In this document: piece by piece, positions 39,486-50,287 of the stretch | Position numbering within the stretch: position 1 is the stretch's first letter | Layout of the letters: each line of letters begins with the position of its first letter | Source of the DNA: Candidatus Binatia bacterium | GTDB taxonomy: Bacteria > Desulfobacterota > Binatia > UBA9968 > JAJDTQ01 | Assembly: GCA_963666515.2 (NCBI GenBank) | Contig: OY762897.2 | Location: forward strand, 2,560,001-2,624,000 | Length of the DNA: 64,000 nucleotides | Direction of reading: 5' to 3' | Translations under genes and position numbers: made by a program | Notes under the pieces: generated by a model | Told to the model about the DNA's origin: nothing | The model's input: only the letters and a program-made list of their open reading frames with translations | The model's database searches: none

Positions 39486-40815
39486 CGCGCTGCGCTCCGG
39501 GCCCGCCGAGCCTCGCTCCGGGCCTCCCGCCAGGCCCGCGCCCGCCCAGCAGAACCTTGGCGCCGTCCCGCAGCACTTCGTTGCCCAGCGTCACGACCTG
39601 CTGGCCGGGCTTGAGAGCCCCGTTGGAGATCTCCAGAAACGCCCGCCAGCCGCGCCCGGTGCGGACCTTCACCGCCTTCGCCTGACCGTTGGACACGACG
39701 AAGACCAGCTCGTCCGGGCCGCGCCGCACCACCGCGTCCTTGGGCACGAGCACGCTCGGCTCGCCGCTCGCCACGATCACCGTGACGCGCGCCAGCATGC
39801 CGGCCTTGAGCCGTCCCTGCGCGTTGGAAAGCCGGACCTTCACCGGGAAGCTGCGGCTGCGCGTGTCCGCCTGGGGGACGATGTGCGCCACCTCCCCGGA
39901 AAAGCCTTCGCCCGGGAAGGCATCCAGCGTCACCGTCGCCGGAAGGCCCGTCCGCAGCAGCGCGATCTTGCGCTCTCCCACCGGCCCGGCGGCAAAGACC
40001 GGGTCCAGGTCCACCAAGTCCGCCACCGGCTCGCCGGCGTTCACCCAGTCGCCCACGTCCACGTGCTTCGTGACGATGAAGCCGGATATGGGCGCGCGCA
40101 ACGTGCTCTTGTCGATCTCGTAGGCCACCGCCTCCATGCGCGCGCGGGCCTCTTCGTGCTCGGCCTCGGCCATGGCGATGTCCTCGTCCCGGGCGCCGGA
40201 GCGGGTGAGCTTCAAGGCCGCCTGGGCGCTGCCGTGCTTCTCCCGCGCGGCGAGGTACTCGCTCTCGACCTTCTGGAACTCCGCCAGGCTGATGAGCTTT
40301 CCTTGATAGAGGCGCCGGGCGCGCTCCAGGTCGCGCTGGTGGTGTTTGAGGATCGCCTCCTGCTCCTTGGCGCCGGCCAGGCGTTGCGCCACCTCTTCGG
40401 AGCGGGAACCCTCCCGGACCTTCTCCCACTGCTTCTTCGCCCGCGCCACCGCGGCCGCGCGTTCGCGCAATGCGATCTCGCGCCGCCCGCGGTCCACCTG
40501 GAGCAGGACGGTCTTGCCCGCGGTGACGGCGTCGCCCTCCCGGAAACCGGCCGCCGCCACCCGCCCCGCCACCACCGAAGCGACGGTGGTGGCGACGTTG
40601 GGCTCGATGGTGCCGATGAAGGAGATCTCCTGCGGGATCGCCTTCGACTGCACCGGCGCCGTCTTCACCGCCACCGGTCGCGGCCCCCAGCGCTGCGCCG
40701 ATGCGCCATGGGCGGCCAGCAGCACTGCGGCCAGGGCGCAGCAGGCGCCGGCAACCCGCGACGGCGTGAACAGGACGGTTCGGGGTCGTTGGAACATGTC
40801 GGTTTCCAGACTCAA
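39472..40815 (-). CDS. RND periplasmic adaptor (MFP) subunit
   Basis: LRAPISG lipoyl half-motif, PQADTRSRSF.VK, LKAGM, VLVPKDAV; start may be ATG 40798. Confidence 0.9.
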   Translation of the reverse strand: MSLETDMFQRPRTVLFTPSRVAGACCALAAVLLAAHGASAQRWGPRPVAVKTAPVQSKAIPQEISFIGTIEPNVATTVASVVAGRVAAAGFREGDAVTAGKTVLLQVDRGRREIALRERAAAVARAKKQWEKVREGSRSEEVAQRLAGAKEQEAILKHHQRDLERARRLYQGKLISLAEFQKVESEYLAAREKHGSAQAALKLTRSGARDEDIAMAEAEHEEARARMEAVAYEIDKSTLRAPISGFIVTKHVDVGDWVNAGEPVADLVDLDPVFAAGPVGERKIALLRTGLPATVTLDAFPGEGFSGEVAHIVPQADTRSRSFPVKVRLSNAQGRLKAGMLARVTVIVASGEPSVLVPKDAVVRRGPDELVFVVSNGQAKAVKVRTGRGWRAFLEISNGALKPGQQVVTLGNEVLRDGAKVLLGGRGPGGRPGARLGGPGAQRDGNR

Positions 40816-40888
40816 AGGTTTTAACCGAGTTCAGGATAGGGCTTTTGGGAGGAACCGGCAACCGCGCCCGAGGGCGGTCTCGTCTCGC

Positions 40889-40917
40889 TTGACAGCCTTC
40901 CGGGGACGGCCTAGGAT
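40889..40917 (+). promoter_or_regulatory. sigma70-type promoter for the amidohydrolase-GH84-sen unit
   Basis: TTGACA-17 nt-TAGGAT. Confidence 0.6.
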
Positions 40918-40985
40918 TCGAAAGTTCCATTCAAGACAGGACGTGCGAAATCGGGAGTGGAAACTTCCCATCCGCGGAGGAGAAA

Positions 40986-42110
40986 ATGGCTAAGCAAGGC
41001 TTCAAGGCAATGGATTCCGACATGCACGTGTTCGAGCCCCACGACCTCTGGGACCGCTACATCGACCCGGAGTTCAAGGACCGCGCGCCCAAGGGTCTGC
41101 AACGCGATTTCCGGGACCTCGGCGTCGAGGTCGAAGGGAAGATCCTCCCCATCCCGAGGCGGCCGGAGAACCCGGGCCTCAGGGACTACCGCTTGGCCAC
41201 CCTCAAGGAAAAATACAGCGACGTGGCCGCGCGCAACTTCGACGGCGTGAGCCAGGTCATGGCCATGGACAAGGAAGGCCTCGACGTGGCGTTCCTGTTC
41301 CCCACCCGCGGCCTCTTCGTCTTGGGCATCGACGGCCTCGATCCGGAACTGGCCGCGGCCATCTCCCGCGCCTACAACGACTGGCTCTACGACTTCGCTC
41401 AGACCGCGCCCGACCGCATGGTCTGCGTCGCCATGGTGCCGCCCCAGAACGTCGAGGCCGCGGTGGCCGAGACCAAACGGACCGTGACCGAAAAAGGCTT
41501 CCGGGGCATCTTCATGCGCCCCAACCAGACCAATGGACTGTGCTGGAGCGACCCCTACTACGATCCCCTGTGGGACGTGTGCCAGGAGCTGAACGTGCCG
41601 GTGGGCTTCCACGAGGCCGGGCGGGTCTACCAGCCCCAGCCGGCCATCTCGCAGTTCATCCCGTCCTTCTCCATGTTCAACACCCTGAGCTTCCCGCTGG
41701 CCAACATGTTCGCGTGCGCGGACATGATCTACGGCGGGGTGATGGAGCGCTTCCCCAAGCTCCGCGTGGCCTTCCTGGAGGGCAACTGCTCGTGGCTCCC
41801 GTGGCTCCTGTACCGCATGGGCGACTACATGGAATCGGTGGGCAAGGCCGAGTACCCGGACTTGAAGCTCGAGCCGCTGGAGTACTTCCAGCGCCAGTGC
41901 TTCGGCGCCGTCGAATGCGACGAGATCACCGCCAGGTACATCCCCGATTTCGGCTTGGAGGACAACGTGGTGTTCTCCACCGACTATCCGCACCTGGACG
42001 TCAAGTATCCCCACTCGCTGGATACTTTCCTGGAGATGCCGTTCTCCGACGAATCCAAGCGGAAGTACCTCTGGGACAACTGCGCCCGGCTGTACAACAT
42101 GGGTCAGTGA
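40986..42110 (+). CDS. amidohydrolase family protein (Amidohydro_2)
   Basis: DSDMH, AYNDWL, GFH, FPKLRVAFLEG, FSTDYPH, NCARLY; GGAGG RBS. Confidence 0.88.
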   Translation: MAKQGFKAMDSDMHVFEPHDLWDRYIDPEFKDRAPKGLQRDFRDLGVEVEGKILPIPRRPENPGLRDYRLATLKEKYSDVAARNFDGVSQVMAMDKEGLDVAFLFPTRGLFVLGIDGLDPELAAAISRAYNDWLYDFAQTAPDRMVCVAMVPPQNVEAAVAETKRTVTEKGFRGIFMRPNQTNGLCWSDPYYDPLWDVCQELNVPVGFHEAGRVYQPQPAISQFIPSFSMFNTLSFPLANMFACADMIYGGVMERFPKLRVAFLEGNCSWLPWLLYRMGDYMESVGKAEYPDLKLEPLEYFQRQCFGAVECDEITARYIPDFGLEDNVVFSTDYPHLDVKYPHSLDTFLEMPFSDESKRKYLWDNCARLYNMGQ

Positions 42111-42111
42111 C

Positions 42112-43239
42112 ATAGCGGGCTCCACAACGACATTTGAGCGGCGGGGGATCGTTGAAGGCTTCTTCGGTCCCCCGTGGAGCATGGCGCACCGCGCGGCGAT
42201 GTTCGCGTTCGGCGCCGCGCGCGGCATGAACACCTACCTCTACGCGCCCAAGGACGATCCCTACCACCGGGAGCGCTGGCAGCTTCCCTACCCCGAGCCG
42301 GAGTGGCGCGAGCTGTGCCAGCTCATTGACTCGGCCCAGACCCACGGCATCGACTTCGTCTACGGCTTTCATCCCGGCAAGGACCTGTGCTTTGGCGCCG
42401 CCGAACCGGTGCGCATCCTGCTCGACAAGGCCGCGCGGCTTCACGACCGGGGCGTGCGCACCTTCGCGGTGCTGTTCGACGACATCCCGTCGCATCTCAC
42501 GGACGCCGGAGACGTGCGGAAGTTCGACGGCAGCCTGGCCAAGGCGGAGTCGTTGTGGCTGGAGGCGGTGCTGGAAGCGCAGCCCGGGGACTGGGAGGTG
42601 GAGTGGTGGTTCTGTCCCTCGTACTATACGCCCGACCCGCTGCTGGCCCGGATGTTCGGCGAGTTCGAGCCCGGCTTCCCCGAGACCGTGGGGCAGTACC
42701 TGCCGGCGCCCGTGGCCTGCTTCTGGACCGGCCCCAAGGTGGTGCCCGATACCGTCACCCTGGACCACATGGCGGAGATGAGCGACAGGATGGGGCACCG
42801 GCTGCTGTTCTGGGACAACTACCCGGTGAACGACCTCACCATGGCCGAAGAGATGCACATCGGACCCCTCACCGGCCGGGACCCGCGGCTGCCGGAGCGG
42901 GTGCACGCGCACCTGGCCAACCCGCTCTTGCAGGAGGAGCTGAGCTTCGCCCCGCTGGCCACCTGCTTCGACTATGCGCGGGACCCCGGAGCCTACGACC
43001 CGGAGAGGAGCTGGGCTACGGTCGTGATGGAGCGGTTCGGCGAGGACGGTCTGGATCACTGGCGGGCGCTCCGGCTGTTCTGCGAACGGGACACGGACAG
43101 CGCCGGGACGGCGACGTTTTCGGAGGCGGAACGCGCCCCGCTGAGAGCCGCCCGCGACTACCTGCTGGCCCACCGGAGCGAAGGATGGTGCCGGGAATTC
43201 GAGCCGTGGCGACAGAAATTGGAACGCGCGCTCGGGTAG
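42112..43239 (+). CDS. GH84 beta-N-acetylglucosaminidase (O-GlcNAcase-like), start codon unresolved
   Basis: RGIVEGFFGPPWS (upstream of ATG 42181), YLYAPKDDPYHR.RW..PYP, catalytic FAVLFDDI, CPSYY, WTGPKVV, FWDNYPVND; no signal peptide. Confidence 0.85.
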   Translation: MAGSTTTFERRGIVEGFFGPPWSMAHRAAMFAFGAARGMNTYLYAPKDDPYHRERWQLPYPEPEWRELCQLIDSAQTHGIDFVYGFHPGKDLCFGAAEPVRILLDKAARLHDRGVRTFAVLFDDIPSHLTDAGDVRKFDGSLAKAESLWLEAVLEAQPGDWEVEWWFCPSYYTPDPLLARMFGEFEPGFPETVGQYLPAPVACFWTGPKVVPDTVTLDHMAEMSDRMGHRLLFWDNYPVNDLTMAEEMHIGPLTGRDPRLPERVHAHLANPLLQEELSFAPLATCFDYARDPGAYDPERSWATVVMERFGEDGLDHWRALRLFCERDTDSAGTATFSEAERAPLRAARDYLLAHRSEGWCREFEPWRQKLERALG

Positions 43240-43250
43240 GAAACCGGTAA

Positions 43251-43317
43251 GGCGACCTGCGGTCGCCCTTACCGTCGGCACGACGCGATAACCTGTAGGG
43301 GCGACCCGCGGTCGCCC
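43251..43317. repeat. pair of GTAG-type REP-like palindromes
   Basis: GTAAGGGCGACCGCAGGTCGCC on minus (43251-43272) and GTAGGGGCGACCCGCGGTCGCCC on plus (43295-43317). Confidence 0.7.
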
Positions 43318-43340
43318 TAGCGGAATCCACCTTGGCAACC

Positions 43341-44645
43341 ATGGAAGACAAGACCGTAACCACCCGTGAGATACTCGACACCCTGAACGAGGTCCGCTCC
43401 CGGACCCTGGGCCTCGTGGAGGACCTGTCCGGCGAGCAGCTCACGGTGCCCATGCTGAACATCGTTAATCCCCCGCTCTGGGAAATCGGGCACGTCTCGT
43501 GGTTCCACGAACGGTGGACGTTGCGCCACCTGCGAGGCCGCGACCCCATCATGTCCAACGGCGACGAACTGTACGACTCCGCGGCCGTGCACCACGACAC
43601 CCGCTGGGTGCTGGCCCTGCCTCCGTTCAAGGAAACCCTCGCCTATAAGGAACACGTGCTGCGGCAAATCACTGATGCGCTGCCCGCCGAGCGGCTGAGC
43701 CCGGAGGAAACCTACTTCCACAAGCTGGTGGCCTTCCACGAGGACATGCACGCGGAGGCCATGACCTACACGCGCCAGACCCTGGGCTATCCCCCGCCGC
43801 CGTTCATGGGCGAGCCGAGGGCCGTGTCCGGCGGCCCCTGTCCCGGCGACGTGGAGGTCGCGGGCGGCGAGTTCATTCTCGGCGGCACGCCCGACCTTCC
43901 CTTCGTCTTCGACAACGAGAAATGGGGATACCCCGTGACCGTGGCGCCCTACCGCATCGCCCGCGCCCCGGTGACCAACGGGGAGTTCGCCGCGTTCGCG
44001 GACGACAGCGGCTACGAGGACCGGCGGTGGTGGAGCGACGAGGGCTGGAGCTGGCGGCAGGCAGAGGACGCGGCGCATCCTGTGTACTGGAAGCGCGAGT
44101 CCCCCGGCCGGTGGCTGGAGCGGATCTTCGACCGGTGGGGGCCGCTTCAGGCCGAGCTGCCGGTGATCCACGTCAACTGGTACGAGGCCGAGGCGTATTG
44201 CCGCTGGGCCGGGCGGCGGCTGGCGACCGAGGCGGAGTGGGAGATGGCCGCGGCCGTGGACTCCGCCGGAGGCACGGACGCCGGAGCCGCCAAGCGCGGC
44301 TACCCGTGGGGCGAAACCCCGCCCGACACTGCCCACGGCAACCTCGACTGGGCCGCCGGAGGCCGGTTGCCCGTGGACGCGCTTTCGGCCGGCGACAGCG
44401 CCGCGGGCTGCCGGCAAATGATCGGCAACGTCTGGGAGTGGACGGCCGACGCCTTCCACCCCTACCCGGGTTTCGTACGGGACCCCTACAAGGAATACTC
44501 GGAGCCCTGGTTCGGCGACCGCAAGGTGCTGCGCGGAGGCTGCTGGGCCACCCGCTCCCACCTGATCCGCAACACCTGGCGAAACTTCTTCACCCCGGAC
44601 CGGCGCGACGTGCTAGCCGGCTTCCGCACCTGCGCGCGGGACTAA
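43341..44645 (+). CDS. senA: selenoneine synthase SenA (EgtB-family sulfoxide/selenoxide synthase)
   Basis: DinB-like NPPLWEIGHVSWFHE, HEDMHAEA iron ligands, FGE-sulfatase domain (FDNEK, RRLATEAEWE, GNVWEW, VLRGG, WRNFF); adjacent to senB. Confidence 0.85.
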   Translation: MEDKTVTTREILDTLNEVRSRTLGLVEDLSGEQLTVPMLNIVNPPLWEIGHVSWFHERWTLRHLRGRDPIMSNGDELYDSAAVHHDTRWVLALPPFKETLAYKEHVLRQITDALPAERLSPEETYFHKLVAFHEDMHAEAMTYTRQTLGYPPPPFMGEPRAVSGGPCPGDVEVAGGEFILGGTPDLPFVFDNEKWGYPVTVAPYRIARAPVTNGEFAAFADDSGYEDRRWWSDEGWSWRQAEDAAHPVYWKRESPGRWLERIFDRWGPLQAELPVIHVNWYEAEAYCRWAGRRLATEAEWEMAAAVDSAGGTDAGAAKRGYPWGETPPDTAHGNLDWAAGGRLPVDALSAGDSAAGCRQMIGNVWEWTADAFHPYPGFVRDPYKEYSEPWFGDRKVLRGGCWATRSHLIRNTWRNFFTPDRRDVLAGFRTCARD

Positions 44646-44666
44646 CCGGAGATCGGAAGGCCACTT

Positions 44667-45647
44667 TTGGCAAGCAGGAAAACCGGCACCGCCAGAATCG
44701 CGCTGGTAACTCCCGCCGGACCCACCCCGCGCACGGGCAACCGCATCTCAGGCAACCGGTGGGCGCGAATCCTGCGCGCCTCGGGACACCGTGTCACCGC
44801 CCTGGACCGCTATGAGCGCGAGCGTTGCGACCTGCTGATCGCGCTCCACGCACGCCGCAGTCATCCGTCCATCCGGCAGTTCCACGAGTTGCACCCGGAC
44901 AAGCCGATCGTCGTGGTGCTGACCGGCACCGACCTCTACCGCGACATCCACGAAGACGAGGACTCGCGAGAGTCCCTACGATTGGCTACCCGCCTGGTGG
45001 TGCTGCAACGCAAGGGTCTGGACGAACTGTCACCGGAACTGCACGAGAAGACCCGGGTCATCTACCAGTCCGCGCCAGCCCGCCCCGGACGCCCCGGCGA
45101 GCGCCACAGGCAGTTTACGGTTACCGCGGTGGGCCACATGCGCCCCGAGAAGGATCCGTTCCGGACCGCAATGGCAGTGCGCTCGCTGCCGCGCGCGTCC
45201 CGGATCCAGGTGGTGCACATCGGCGCCGCATTGGGCGACAGCTTCCTGCGTCGCGCCGAGCGAGAGGCCGAGCGCAACCCGCGCTACCGTTGGCTGGGCG
45301 ACCTGCCCCACTGGAAGACGCGGCAACTCCTGGCCAACAGCCACCTCACGTCCATCACCTCACGAATGGAAGGCAGTTCCAACGTCCTGTGCGAAGCGCT
45401 GGCCTCCGGCGTCCCCGTGGCCGCGTCCCGGATCTCCGGCTTGATCGGCACCCTGGGCGACGACTATCCCGGCTACTATGACCTCGGCGACACCGCCGGG
45501 CTCAAGCGCCTGCTGCTCCGCGCCGAGAACGACCCGGCCTTCTACGAAAGCCTGGCGCGGCACTGCACCGAAGTCGCGCCGCTGGTGAACCCTGACCGGG
45601 AAATCCGGACTTGGCAGGGGTTGGTTCGTGAGGTGTCCACCGGTTAA
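44667..45647 (+). CDS. senB: selenosugar synthase SenB (TIGR04348-type glycosyltransferase)
   Basis: GNRIS..RWARIL, LIALHARRS, VVVLTGTDLYRDI, GHMRPEKDP, SRMEGSSNV.CEA, GTLGDDYPGYY. Confidence 0.85.
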   Translation: MASRKTGTARIALVTPAGPTPRTGNRISGNRWARILRASGHRVTALDRYERERCDLLIALHARRSHPSIRQFHELHPDKPIVVVLTGTDLYRDIHEDEDSRESLRLATRLVVLQRKGLDELSPELHEKTRVIYQSAPARPGRPGERHRQFTVTAVGHMRPEKDPFRTAMAVRSLPRASRIQVVHIGAALGDSFLRRAEREAERNPRYRWLGDLPHWKTRQLLANSHLTSITSRMEGSSNVLCEALASGVPVAASRISGLIGTLGDDYPGYYDLGDTAGLKRLLLRAENDPAFYESLARHCTEVAPLVNPDREIRTWQGLVREVSTG

Positions 45648-45673
45648 CGCACCCGGTACGGTGCATCTATCCC

Positions 45674-45690
45674 CTCTCCCAGAGGGAGAG
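45674..45690. terminator. CTCTCCC/GGGAGAG hairpin between convergent senB and lysJ
   Basis: CTCTCCC-AGA-GGGAGAG. Confidence 0.4.
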
Positions 45691-45701
45691 AAAGTCCGCC
45701 A

Positions 45702-46861
<1,160 letters not shown>

Positions 46862-46865
<4 letters not shown>

Positions 46866-47653
46866 TGGATCACCGTTCCTTTCCCCGCCAGGGCGTCCCG
46901 CACCGGATGCTCGGTGCGGCCGTCGCTCATGATGACCTTTTCCGCGCCCTCCTCGAAGAGCTTCCGTAGCGCAAGCATCTTGCGCTTCATGCGCCCCTCC
47001 ACCTGGGCTTCCCGCTGCTCCAGCTCCCCGGCGCGGATCTCGGGGACCACGGTGCTCTCGTCGTCCTTGTCGGCGAGAAAGCCGGGGGCCTCGATGAGCT
47101 GGAGCACCACCTCGGCGTGGAAGGCGGCCTGGAGCACGTTGATGATGTCGTCGTTCTCCGAGTTGATGGCGGTGTGGCGCTCGTCGATGATGGGGATCGA
47201 CAGCACCGGCGCATAGCCGCCGTCAAGCAGCAACTGGAACAGCTCCTTGTTGGCGCTCCGGGGCTTGCCCGAGAAGTCTCGGACGATGAGGGTCTTGCCG
47301 TTCCTGCGCACCCGGATGCCCTTGTTGCGCTGCCCCTGGATGGCGCGCCCGTCGATGCCGGAAAGGCCCACGGCGTTGACGCCGTTTTGTTGCAGCAACT
47401 CCACGATGCGCTTGTTCTGCACGCCCGCGTACCCCATCAGGATGGCGTCGATGGCGTCCTTGTCCGACAGCACGCTGGTGTACCCCGACACCGAGGTGAC
47501 CACCTGGGTCGGGTTGCCCAGCTTCGCCGCGATGCCGTCGCGCACCGCGTTGGCGCCGTGCACCACGATGAAAGGGTCGGACAACGCCGCCAGATCCTCG
47601 GCGATGCCGGGCAGGTTGATGTCGCTGCCGCCGCCGATCTTCACCAGGATCAT
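46862..47653 (-). CDS. lysZ: [LysW]-aminoadipate/glutamate kinase
   Basis: LVKIGGG, VVHGAN, TSVSGYTS, GLSGIDG, RDFSGK, GRMKRK. Confidence 0.88.
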
Positions 47654-47724
47654 CGCAGGTGCTCCACACGAGGAGATCGTTCCATGTCAGTTCCGCCTGA
47701 TTTTCCCATCTTGACGAGAATCAT
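47650..47724 (-). other. 24-aa junction mini-ORF MILVKMGKSGGTDMERSPRVEHLR
   Basis: ATGA overlaps at both ends; N-part resembles the LysZ start, C-part resembles the end of the upstream hydrolase. Confidence 0.45.
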
Positions 47725-48359
47725 CGAAGCCGGTCCACCGTGTCGTTGGCGATGATGCGCCACGCGCCGTGCTCCGGCACGGTCTCGGAGCTCACCGTGA
47801 AGCCGCCGATGTCCTCACGGGCGCGAAGCCTGAAGTACTCCGGTTGCTCGTTGTAGAACGATCCCACGTAGACGTTCTCCGGGTCGGCGATGATCATGTT
47901 CATGGCCCTGACGTAGCGCGTCCTGCGGACGATGACGTCCATCCCCTTGCGCATGGCCGCGGCCATGTCGCCCTTGTCGAAACGCTTGACGAAGTTGAAC
48001 ACCTTCTCCGCGCCGATGCGTCCCTCCGCGGTGATGCGCACGCCGCGCAGCTCGCCGTTGAACGCGAACACGTAGCGGTCGTCATAGAACGGCATGTTGT
48101 TCTCCACCACGATGTTCTCATCGCGGAACGCGCTGCGGGCGTGGCCCACCAGCAGCGTGGTGGCGCCGAACTGCTCCAGGTCGTCCTCCCATATGGGCTT
48201 GATGTCGTGATAGACCCTCCACGCACCGTCAACGAGGTAGGCGCAGCCCCAGCCGTGGCCTTGGTATTCCGGGCTGTTCCGAGCGATGCCGGCGAGATCG
48301 GACAGGCGTTCGCCTATGTCGAAGGGCTCGCGGTTCTTGACGCACAGCAGGCGGCACAT
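47721..48359 (-). CDS. class II glutamine amidotransferase-like Ntn hydrolase (EgtC/YafJ/Dug3-like)
   Basis: N-terminal M-C-R-L nucleophile, GHGWG, GHARSA, NNMPF, FNGEL. Confidence 0.82.
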   Translation of the reverse strand: MCRLLCVKNREPFDIGERLSDLAGIARNSPEYQGHGWGCAYLVDGAWRVYHDIKPIWEDDLEQFGATTLLVGHARSAFRDENIVVENNMPFYDDRYVFAFNGELRGVRITAEGRIGAEKVFNFVKRFDKGDMAAAMRKGMDVIVRRTRYVRAMNMIIADPENVYVGSFYNEQPEYFRLRAREDIGGFTVSSETVPEHGAWRIIANDTVDRLR

Positions 48360-48371
48360 GGCACTTGCCCG

Positions 48372-49418
48372 CTACGGGTGTAGCCCCGGGAATTCGAGGC
48401 CCTCGGTCTCCTCGAAGCCGTTCATGAGGTTGAACGCCTGGACCGCCTGCCCGGCGGCGCCCTTCATGAGGTTGTCCAGGGCACTGAGGACCACCAGCCG
48501 GTCCGATCCCTTCTCCTTCTGAAAGCCGATGTCGCAGTAGTTGGTGCCGCTCAGCAGCTTGGGCTCGGGGTAGCGGTAGATGCCGTCGGCTTCCTTGACG
48601 ATGCGGATGAAGGGCTCGTTGCCGTAGGCCTCGCGGTAGAGTTTCCACACGTCCTTCTCTTCCAGCGGCTCGCGCAGGAAAAGGTGGCAGGTGGCCAGCA
48701 CGCCCCGCACCATCTCGATGGAGGTGGCGGAGAAATACACGCGGATGGCCTCTCCGAAGCCCAGCTCCTGGTAGATCTCTGCGCAGTGGCGGTGCATCGT
48801 GGGCATGAACGAACGTACCGCACCGCTCCGCTCCGGGTGGTGCGACGCGTCGCTGGCGGCGTTGCCGCCCTCGCTGGAGCCCACCTTCACTTCCACCACC
48901 GTGCGCTCGGAATCCGCCAACCCCTTCCTGAAGAACGGGTAGACGCCCAGGATCGTGGCGGTGGCGTTGCAGCCGGCGCCGGTGACGAGGCTCGCGCCCC
49001 GGATTTCCTCCCGGTGCAGCTCCGGGACGCCGTAGACGAACTCCTTCATGAGCTCCGGGCGCTGGTGCGGCTTGCCGTACCAGCGTTCGTACTCGCCGGC
49101 ATCGTTCAGCCGGAAGTCAGCGCTCAGGTCCACCAGTTTCGGCGCCAACCCCCTAAACGAATCGATGCGCTCCATGGTCTGGCCGTGGGGCAGGCACAGG
49201 AACAAGAGGTCGCACGGCTTCAACTCGTCCATCTTGCAGAACTTGAGCTGGGTGCGCTTGCGCAGGTTGGGATGGGCCTTGAAGGCGAACTTGCCGGCGA
49301 AGCGCTCCGAAGTGACCTCGCACACCTCCACCTGCGGGTGGCCGAGCAGCAGGCGCAACAGCTCCCCGCCGGTGTAGCCGGACGCGCCGACGATGGAGAC
49401 CTTCAGCTTCTCCGTCAC
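48372..49418 (-). CDS. lysY: [LysW]-aminoadipyl/glutamyl-phosphate reductase (ArgC-like)
   Basis: [50 protein letters not shown]; GTG at 49418 overlaps the lysX stop. Confidence 0.9.
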   Translation of the reverse strand: MTEKLKVSIVGASGYTGGELLRLLLGHPQVEVCEVTSERFAGKFAFKAHPNLRKRTQLKFCKMDELKPCDLLFLCLPHGQTMERIDSFRGLAPKLVDLSADFRLNDAGEYERWYGKPHQRPELMKEFVYGVPELHREEIRGASLVTGAGCNATATILGVYPFFRKGLADSERTVVEVKVGSSEGGNAASDASHHPERSGAVRSFMPTMHRHCAEIYQELGFGEAIRVYFSATSIEMVRGVLATCHLFLREPLEEKDVWKLYREAYGNEPFIRIVKEADGIYRYPEPKLLSGTNYCDIGFQKEKGSDRLVVLSALDNLMKGAAGQAVQAFNLMNGFEETEGLEFPGLHP

Positions 49419-50287
49419 GCCGCGCCCCTGCGCTCCTGTTCCTCCCGGCCCACCCTGAGCACGTGCTCGACCACGAGGCCGGGGATGTTGACGCCGGTGG
49501 TGTCGATGCTGTTGCGGAACTCCATGGTGTAGTTCACCTCGTTGACCAGAAGGCCCTCGGGGGTCTCGAAGAGGTCCACGGCGACGATGCCGCCTCCCAC
49601 GGCGCGGCACGCACGCACGGAGAGGTCCCGCAACTCGTCCGTCACCGGACAGTTCTCGGCGCGCCCGCCGCGTGCCGTGTTGGTGATCCAGTGGTCGCTG
49701 TAGCGGTAGATGGCGGCGATGCACTCGTCGCCGATGACGAAGCTGCGGATGTCGCGCCCGGTCTTCTCGACGTACTGCTGGATGTAGAAGATGGAGTGAT
49801 GGTAGCTCCCCAGGATCGCCTTGTGCTCCAGGATCGTCTCGGCGGCGTCGCGGTCGTTGACCTTGGACAGGAGCCGGCCCCAGGAGCCCACCGCGGGCTT
49901 GAGCACCACCGGGTAGCCCATCTCCTCGATGGCCTCCAGGGTGGAGTCCTCGGTGAAGGCGATGCGCACCTCGGGCTGGGGCACGCCGTGCTCCTGCAGG
50001 TGCACCGAGGTGAGGATCTTGTCGCCGCACACGGTGGCCACACCTGAAGAATTGACGCAGCGCACGCCGGCGCTCTCGAACAGACGAAGGCCGTGCAGCG
50101 CACGCGAGTGGTTGATGCACCGCTCCAGCAGCACGTCCAGGTCGAACTCGTCCCTGCCCAGGTTGAACGAGAGTTTGCGGTCGTCGATCATTTGAAGCTC
50201 GACGCCGGGATGCTTCCGGAACTCCTTGATCAGGAGCTTTTCTTCGGGCCGGACCAGTGAATGCAGCAGACCGATCTTCAAGCTCAT
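49415..50287 (-). CDS. lysX: alpha-aminoadipate--LysW ligase (RimK ATP-grasp)
   Basis: [24 protein letters not shown]...[20 protein letters not shown] (Thermus LysX-like). Confidence 0.9.
   Translation of the reverse strand: MSLKIGLLHSLVRPEEKLLIKEFRKHPGVELQMIDDRKLSFNLGRDEFDLDVLLERCINHSRALHGLRLFESAGVRCVNSSGVATVCGDKILTSVHLQEHGVPQPEVRIAFTEDSTLEAIEEMGYPVVLKPAVGSWGRLLSKVNDRDAAETILEHKAILGSYHHSIFYIQQYVEKTGRDIRSFVIGDECIAAIYRYSDHWITNTARGGRAENCPVTDELRDLSVRACRAVGGGIVAVDLFETPEGLLVNEVNYTMEFRNSIDTTGVNIPGLVVEHVLRVGREEQERRGAA

Noticed and set aside
21411-45647. Selenocysteine (TGA) read-through in genes linked to the selenium pathway
   Set aside because: The TGA codons of egtD, the Fe-S protein and the amidohydrolase fall at natural protein ends; read-through of 42108-42110 is not in the GH84 frame and stops soon after.
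47721-48359. Calling the Ntn hydrolase egtC of ergothioneine synthesis
   Set aside because: It is embedded in and coupled to the lys operon on the opposite strand, SenA chemistry needs no EgtC, and no egtA/egtE is present. Kept only as an alternative hypothesis.
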